DNA of 64,000 nt. Source: an uncultured Acidobacteriota bacterium. Its GTDB lineage: Bacteria; Acidobacteriota; Terriglobia; Acidiferrales; UBA7541. A program made the translations under genes and the position numbers. Location: the NCBI GenBank assembly GCA_963707165.1, contig CAVPPO010000001.1:38412-102411 (forward strand), given 5' to 3'. The notes under the pieces were generated by a model. The model was given only the letters and a program-made list of their open reading frames with translations, was not told the DNA's origin and searched no databases. This document shows, in pieces, positions 59,166 to 64,000 of the stretch (its first letter is position 1; each line of letters opens with the position of its first letter).

Positions 59166-59214
59166 GAAGAGAGGGGGAGAGAGGGGGGGGAGAGAGGGGG
59201 AGGGGAGGAGGAGG
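59165..59214 (+). repeat. 50-nt homopurine tract with mirror repeat and G-quadruplex motif
   Basis: AGAAGAGAGGGGGAGAGAGGGGGGGGAGAGAGGGGGAGGGGAGGAGGAGG. G5 (59173-59177), AGAGA, G8 (59183-59190), AGAGA, G5 (59196-59200), A, G4 (59202-59205). 59173-59200 is a perfect mirror repeat. Confidence 0.95.
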
Positions 59215-60033
59215 TCTATCGGTTATCTCCACGGCGGTGGCCCGGCCTGATCGTGGCGGGATCTGCTTATCACCGGCAGCGTGTATGGCGGAGCGCTCGC
59301 GTGGGCCTACGTGCATCGGCAGGCCGGCCGCCGGATCCTCTACGGGATCAACCGTGGTATGCATTCGCAGGCCTTGGGGATGAGCGAACGCCATAAAGAC
59401 GACGCCTCGCGGTGGGAATAGTCTGCGCCTAGCCTGGTCTCCAGCCGATCTGCTACTCGTGATAGCCGGCATATGGTGGTGCTCCGAGCAGATCAAACGT
59501 CTCGTCCGAGGCGACCGCATGCAAGCAATGGGCCCATCGCAGCCTGCGTCCGCTAGCGCACGCGACGCCATCGCTCGCCGCTACGACAACTGGCGCAATC
59601 GCGACCGCAGCCCTATCAGCTGGGATCGCTCTTTAGTTCTAAAAATTGGAGCGGTCGTCTCGGGAGCGGATACGCGCGCGGCTTCCTGAGGGCTGACTGG
59701 TAGTCCATCGAGGTGGCTAACGGATCGCAGTTGCTGGACGCCATCGCCATCGGTCAGGTAACCCCCGGACCGGTTCACAACTGCCACGTTATCGGCTATC
59801 TCCTCACGGCGCGTCCGGAGCGGCGATCGCAACGGTCGGCGTTCTCCGGCTTCGTGCTCGTGCAGCCAGCGGGCCGCTCATACCGCGTATCCGCAAGTCG
59901 CGAATCGCTGGAGCGTTCTGGACGGCGTGATCGTCCCTCACTCGCGCTGACCGCGTGGTGCGTGGCAGCTCGCTCGCGCATCAATCATAGACTGCTAACG
60001 GCGGCGCTGGCCAAGCCGTACCGCACGACGTAA
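59215..60033 (+). pseudogene. Chromate-transporter (CHR/ChrA family) remnants, heavily frame-shifted
   Basis: Fragments SIGYLHGGGPA / WPGLIVAGSA / ILYGIN... (59215-59400) and LVLKIGAVVSG..., GSQLLDAIAIGQVTPGPVHNCHVIGYLLT (59713 onward) match conserved CHR motifs (xLLDxxAxxQxTPGP, IGY). No continuous ORF. Confidence 0.55.
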
Positions 60034-60200
60034 TCGTGGAGCGCGGGCGCTGCGGTGTGCGGCTCACGGTCTTCCGCGACACTGAACCCCTCACCGAAAC
60101 TACGCCGATCGATTGTGCGGGGAACGGACCAGCGTCAACGCGCCATTTTTCAGCTATCCTTCAGCTTCGGGAGCGAAGCTGAATCGATGCGCGGAGACGC

Positions 60201-60881
60201 ATGAGAATCCTGGTCGTGGAAGACGAGCGGGCCATGGCCAATCTGCTGAAGCGCGGACTGGAAGAGGAGCGCCACTCTGTCAGCGTTGCTGCCGACGGCC
60301 GCACGGCGCTCGAGCTCGCTGAAGGATACGAATTCGATCTCATTCTTCTCGACGTGATGCTGCCGGGGCTTGATGGCCTGGAAGTCGCGCGGCGGCTCCG
60401 CAGCCACAAAAAGAAGACGCCGATCCTGATGCTCACCGCGCGCGACGCCGTTCCCGACATCGTCAACGGACTCAACGCGGGGGCTGACGACTACCTCACC
60501 AAGCCGTTCTCTTTTGCCGAGCTGCTCGCGCGCATCCGCGCGCTCAGCCGCCGCGCGCCGGAAGTGAAATCGAACGCGCTGCATATCGCCGATCTCGAGC
60601 TCGACACCATTGCCAGTCGAGTCACACGGGCCGGCGAGGAGCTGCGCCTCACGCCCACCGAATTCAGGCTCCTCGAATTTCTGATGCGGCGCAACGGCCG
60701 CGTTGCCTCGCGCCAGGCCATTATTGAAGCCGTCTGGGGGCTCGAGGAAGACATCGAAGAAAATACGCTCGACGCATTCGTACGGCTCTTGCGCCGCAAA
60801 GTGGATGGAGGCCACGCCCGCAAATTGATACATACCGCGCGGGGATTCGGCTACTACGTGAAGGCGGAGTCTGGCGAATGA
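60201..60881 (+). CDS. OmpR/PhoB-family response regulator (heavy-metal CusR/CopR-like)
   Basis: MRILVVEDE...LDVMLPGLDG...TKPF. Winged-helix output (LTPTEFRLLEFLMRRNGRV...IHTARGFGY). Confidence 0.93.
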   Translation: MRILVVEDERAMANLLKRGLEEERHSVSVAADGRTALELAEGYEFDLILLDVMLPGLDGLEVARRLRSHKKKTPILMLTARDAVPDIVNGLNAGADDYLTKPFSFAELLARIRALSRRAPEVKSNALHIADLELDTIASRVTRAGEELRLTPTEFRLLEFLMRRNGRVASRQAIIEAVWGLEEDIEENTLDAFVRLLRRKVDGGHARKLIHTARGFGYYVKAESGE

Positions 60882-62293
60882 ATCTTCCGCTGCGCCTGCG
60901 GCTGACGCTGTGGTATTTCGCGGTGCTCGCCGCGTCTTTCGCAGCTTTCGGCGCTGCCGCCGATTTCGCCATGCGCCACAGCATCGAAACCACACTTGAT
61001 GATGCGCTGCGCAAGGATGCCGCCGGAATTCGCGCCGTGATTGGCACGGAGCTGCCTGAAGGGGCCCCCGCGCTCAACGACGAATTGGAAGAACTGAACG
61101 GGACGCAGGCCTCGGGCCTGATTCTAGTAGTTTCAGCCGCAGACCACAGCTACACCTACGAAGGCCCCGCCGTGAAGGCGGCATCTCCCCCGCATGACCG
61201 GACGGCCGATTGGCAGCTCGATTCAGGAGCGCGCGAATTCTCCACCGTGCACATCAACGGCCGGCAATTCCGCGCCGCGCGCGAGCAAGTCGCAGCCGCG
61301 GGGCGTACGTTTACGATCGAAGTGGCCACCCCGACCGAATCGTTCGATCAGGCGATTGATCGCTTCCGGTGGATCTTGCTTCTAACTTCTCCGGCGCTTC
61401 TGATTCTCGCTTCGCTTGGCGGCTACTGGATGAGCCGGCGCGCGCTGCGGCCCGTGGACGAGATCATCGGCACGGCGCGCAGCATCGGCGCTGACAATCT
61501 TTCGCGCCGCCTGGCGGTTCCCACAGCGCACGACGAGCTGCGACGGCTTACCGAGACGTTGAATGAAATGCTGGCGCGCATTGACGCGGCGTTTCAGAAG
61601 ATCCGGCAATTCACCGCGGACGCTTCGCACGAGCTGCGCACTCCCGTGGCGCTGATACGCACGAGCGCGGAACTGGCGTTGCGCAAGCCGCGCACCGACG
61701 AGGAGTATCGCGAAGCTCTGGGGCAGATTCTGGAAGCCGCCGAGCGCACTTCATCGCTCATCGACAATCTCCTCACTCTTGCGCGCGCCGACGCGGCCGC
61801 TTCCGGCCTTGCAGCGGGAGCGCTCGACCTGTCGCGAATCGATCTGGCCGATTGCGTCCGCAGTGTCAGTCGCCAGGCCGAAACTCTCGCCGCTCCGCAG
61901 TCAATTCAATTTGCCGCGCGCGTGCCGCCGGAGCCCGTGTGGGTGCGAGCCGACGCACGCGTGCTCGAGCGGTTGCTGCTCATCCTTCTCGATAACGCAG
62001 TGAAGTACACTCCGCGCGAAGGAAAAGTCGAGCTGGCGCTCACGGCGAACAATAGCACGGCGCAAATCGCTGTTCGCGACACCGGCCCCGGAATCGCCGC
62101 CGCCGATCTGCCGCACATCTTCGATCGCTTTTATCGCGCCGATAAAGCGCGCTCGAGCGAGACCGGCGGCGCAGGCCTCGGGCTTTCCATCGGCCGCTGG
62201 ATCGCCGAATCGCACGGCGGCTCGCTCACGGCGGAAAGCCCCGCAAGTGGCGGCGCCACATTCACAATCCGCGTCCCGCTGGATGCCAAGTAG
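60878..62293 (+). CDS. Sensor histidine kinase (2 TM - HAMP - HisKA - HATPase_c), partner of the OmpR-type regulator
   Basis: 4-nt overlap with the regulator gene. H-box ASHELRTPVALIRTSAEL, DTGPGI, GAGLGLSI. Confidence 0.9.
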   Translation: MNLPLRLRLTLWYFAVLAASFAAFGAAADFAMRHSIETTLDDALRKDAAGIRAVIGTELPEGAPALNDELEELNGTQASGLILVVSAADHSYTYEGPAVKAASPPHDRTADWQLDSGAREFSTVHINGRQFRAAREQVAAAGRTFTIEVATPTESFDQAIDRFRWILLLTSPALLILASLGGYWMSRRALRPVDEIIGTARSIGADNLSRRLAVPTAHDELRRLTETLNEMLARIDAAFQKIRQFTADASHELRTPVALIRTSAELALRKPRTDEEYREALGQILEAAERTSSLIDNLLTLARADAAASGLAAGALDLSRIDLADCVRSVSRQAETLAAPQSIQFAARVPPEPVWVRADARVLERLLLILLDNAVKYTPREGKVELALTANNSTAQIAVRDTGPGIAAADLPHIFDRFYRADKARSSETGGAGLGLSIGRWIAESHGGSLTAESPASGGATFTIRVPLDAK

Positions 62294-62294
62294 C

Positions 62295-62312
62295 GCAGCC
62301 ACTCTTGGCTGC
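62295..62312 (+). terminator. Hairpin immediately after the kinase stop
   Basis: GCAGCCA-CTCT-TGGCTGC (7-bp stem) followed by GTTCTTCC. Confidence 0.45.
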
Positions 62313-62429
62313 GTTCTTCCGCTCTTCGCAACGGCGATACGCAGTCACAGGCAGGAGTGTGCCTGTGCTACCGGCCTGGCTTCATTGCGCTGCGGGTTTG
62401 TTGCGTCAGGAATGAGAAGTGAGGTTAAC

Positions 62430-62458
62430 GAGTGGCGCCGAACCATCCGGCGCCACTC
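62430..62458 (-). terminator. 11-bp perfect hairpin 9 nt downstream of the tonB stop
   Basis: GAGTGGCGCCG-AACCATC-CGGCGCCACTC. There is no clear U-run on either strand. Confidence 0.4.
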
Positions 62459-62467
62459 GCCGCCCAT

Positions 62468-63328
62468 TTACTGCAGGAGGAAATTCACGTCCACGTGCAT
62501 GCGCACTTCAATCGGCTCGCCATCGAGGTACGTAGGTTCGTATTTCCACGATGTAATCGCTTTCATCGCCGCGGGGATTAGCAAGCCCGGGCCGCTAATG
62601 ACGTGCGCTTCAACTACGTTGCCCTTCTCGTCGATCACCGCGTCGATAATCACCGTGCCCGAGATCTTCGCGGCCTTTGCCAATTGTGGATATTCCGGAG
62701 CTGGGCTGCTGATCAAGCGCGGCGGCTTCACGTTTCCGCCAACGCGCACGATCTTCTTCACCGCCTTTGGCGGAGGTGGCCCCGTCATTCCTGAACCAAC
62801 CGAGCCGAGCACCCCGCCGAGCACCCCGCCAATCACGCCGCCCGGAATGCCGCCCGGAACTCCACCGGGTACGCCGCCCATAACGCCCTCATCAGGAGAA
62901 GGCGGCGGCACATCTTCCTTGATCATCGCAATCTGCCGCGGAATGAACGTTGGCGACACCAATCCGTGAGCGACCAAATCCGCCATCTTCGGCCGCACGA
63001 TCTGTCTTACCGAAGCTGACGGAGGAGGCGGCGGCGGTGGCGGCGGCACGGCCACCAGCATGGTCAGCGAGAAAGCCTTCAAATCGAGCGTTTCGTTGAA
63101 GTACAGCGGAACCGCGAGCAAAGCCGCGATCAGCGTCACATGCACGATCAGCGACACCGCCCAATCGAGCGGATTGCGGCGCTTTTGGTGCGCCGTCGGC
63201 AGTTCCAGCAATGCATCCACAAATAGATCTTTTTCGCCGGCATGCCGTAGCGTCTCCGGCGCAATTTTCTTTCCGCGATAGCGATTCGGATCAATTAAGG
63301 CCGGTATCGAAAAGGGTTGGCTGACCAT
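62468..63328 (-). CDS. tonB: Energy transducer TonB
   Basis: Met 63328 is preceded by GGAGG (8-nt spacing). It has an N-terminal TM, PPPPPPPP and GVPGGVPGGIPGG linkers, and a C-terminal TonB_C-like domain (YPQLAKAAKISGTVIIDAVIDEKGNV...WKYEPTYLDGEPIEV). The track ORF starts at 63391. Confidence 0.85.
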   Translation of the reverse strand: MVSQPFSIPALIDPNRYRGKKIAPETLRHAGEKDLFVDALLELPTAHQKRRNPLDWAVSLIVHVTLIAALLAVPLYFNETLDLKAFSLTMLVAVPPPPPPPPPSASVRQIVRPKMADLVAHGLVSPTFIPRQIAMIKEDVPPPSPDEGVMGGVPGGVPGGIPGGVIGGVLGGVLGSVGSGMTGPPPPKAVKKIVRVGGNVKPPRLISSPAPEYPQLAKAAKISGTVIIDAVIDEKGNVVEAHVISGPGLLIPAAMKAITSWKYEPTYLDGEPIEVRMHVDVNFLLQ

Positions 63329-63719
63329 GGGCGTTACCTCCTGCTTTCCGGCGAAGCGCCCGGCCCCGCGAGCGGTGCGGGAAAGCGGCATGGGAACTTC
63401 GCTATGGGTCTCATCGCGAGTCTCGCTTTGCTATCTCCCGCGACACCCACATGATGGACGCTTGCAGAATTGTGTGCCGCGACTGGCGTCACCGTCCCGT
63501 GTGACTCACATCACAGTGCATTGGAAGTGCAGGCCGGGTGCTATCACGGCATGGGCAAGTCGAATACGCATAAGGACTTGCCCGGAAATTCCGATTTTCA
63601 GGCGAGTGCGGAATCGCTGCAATCCTGAACTTGACGAAGGTGCAGTTCCAAGATCGATGTCACAAAATCGGCTGATGAAGCGGCGTGCCCGTTTCTTCTA
63701 CTGGATCACTTCGAGACAA

Positions 63720-64000
63720 TTATTGAAGAGCAGCGCGATGTAGCAGCGCTTGGAAGCGCGGGTCGGAGTGCAGGCTTGCCCAAGTTGAATCGACTTTCAG
63801 GAAGGTCATGATTTCTTCGCGGTCATCGTAGGACTTCTGCAGCAACTCGAGAGCTTTATCTTTGTCGCCCAAGCCAACATACACAATCGCAATCTGATAG
63901 ACCGGAACATAGGATTGCTTCGAGGCTTGCTCCATCTGCTGCGCCACCTCGCGCGCTTTCGCGGTTTGTCCCGATAGCGCGTAAGCGTATCCGAGATAGC
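63720..64000 (-). CDS. C-terminal TPR-containing end of a larger protein (5' part lies outside the window)
   Basis: The open frame continues to the window edge: ...YLGYAYALSGQTAKAREVAQQMEQASKQSYVPVYQIAIVYVGLGDKDKALELLQKSYDDREEIMTFLKVDSTWASLHSDPRFQALL. The 'M' at 63947 in the track is an internal GTG. Confidence 0.6.
   Translation of the reverse strand, partial: YLGYAYALSGQTAKAREVAQQMEQASKQSYVPVYQIAIVYVGLGDKDKALELLQKSYDDREEIMTFLKVDSTWASLHSDPRFQALLHRAALQ

Overview
This is a high-GC bacterial chromosomal segment. The gene content (three sigma-54 enhancer-binding regulators, GAF/PP2C phosphatases, TPR and DUF-type secreted proteins) and the short dispersed hairpin repeats are consistent with an Acidobacteriota (Terriglobia-like) genome; that assignment is inference only. 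I call about 45 apparently intact protein genes. They include secA, an Mrp-type ATPase, two ABC-2 exporters, a HlyD adaptor, mscL, thiO, yjbQ, tonB, an M50 protease, a cytochrome c, five histidine kinases, four response regulators, two tandem PP2C phosphatases and an RsbW-like kinase. About 10 further genes are interrupted only by reading-frame shifts. I found no rRNA, tRNA, CRISPR array, transposase, integrase, phage gene or recognisable defence system, and I do not see a convincing novel multi-gene system. The observations most worth a second look are these. (1) Indel-only gene disruption is patchy: three patches (44.9-46.4, 50.2-52.7, 57.1-60.0 kb) hold genes split into 2-9 frames, while the neighbouring two-component regulators are intact. 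There are also two isolated single shifts, in an OMP-like gene and in a sigma-54 regulator split from its HTH. (2) A 50-nt all-purine tract with a perfect mirror repeat and a G-quadruplex motif lies at the junction of a decayed multicopper oxidase and chromate-transporter remnants. (3) A diverged tandem pair of about 115-nt non-coding units with conserved foldable cores lies in an AT-richer islet (31.5-34.6 kb). (4) Three short dispersed repeat families are present, one of which forms a 31-nt inverted pair bracketing a small-ORF cassette. (5) A pseudo-receiver plus DHp protein with no ATPase domain is translationally coupled to a hybrid kinase. (6) Three paralogous secreted glycine-zipper proteins have a TrbI/VirB10-like motif pattern. 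All homology statements come from reading the translations by eye; no searches were run.
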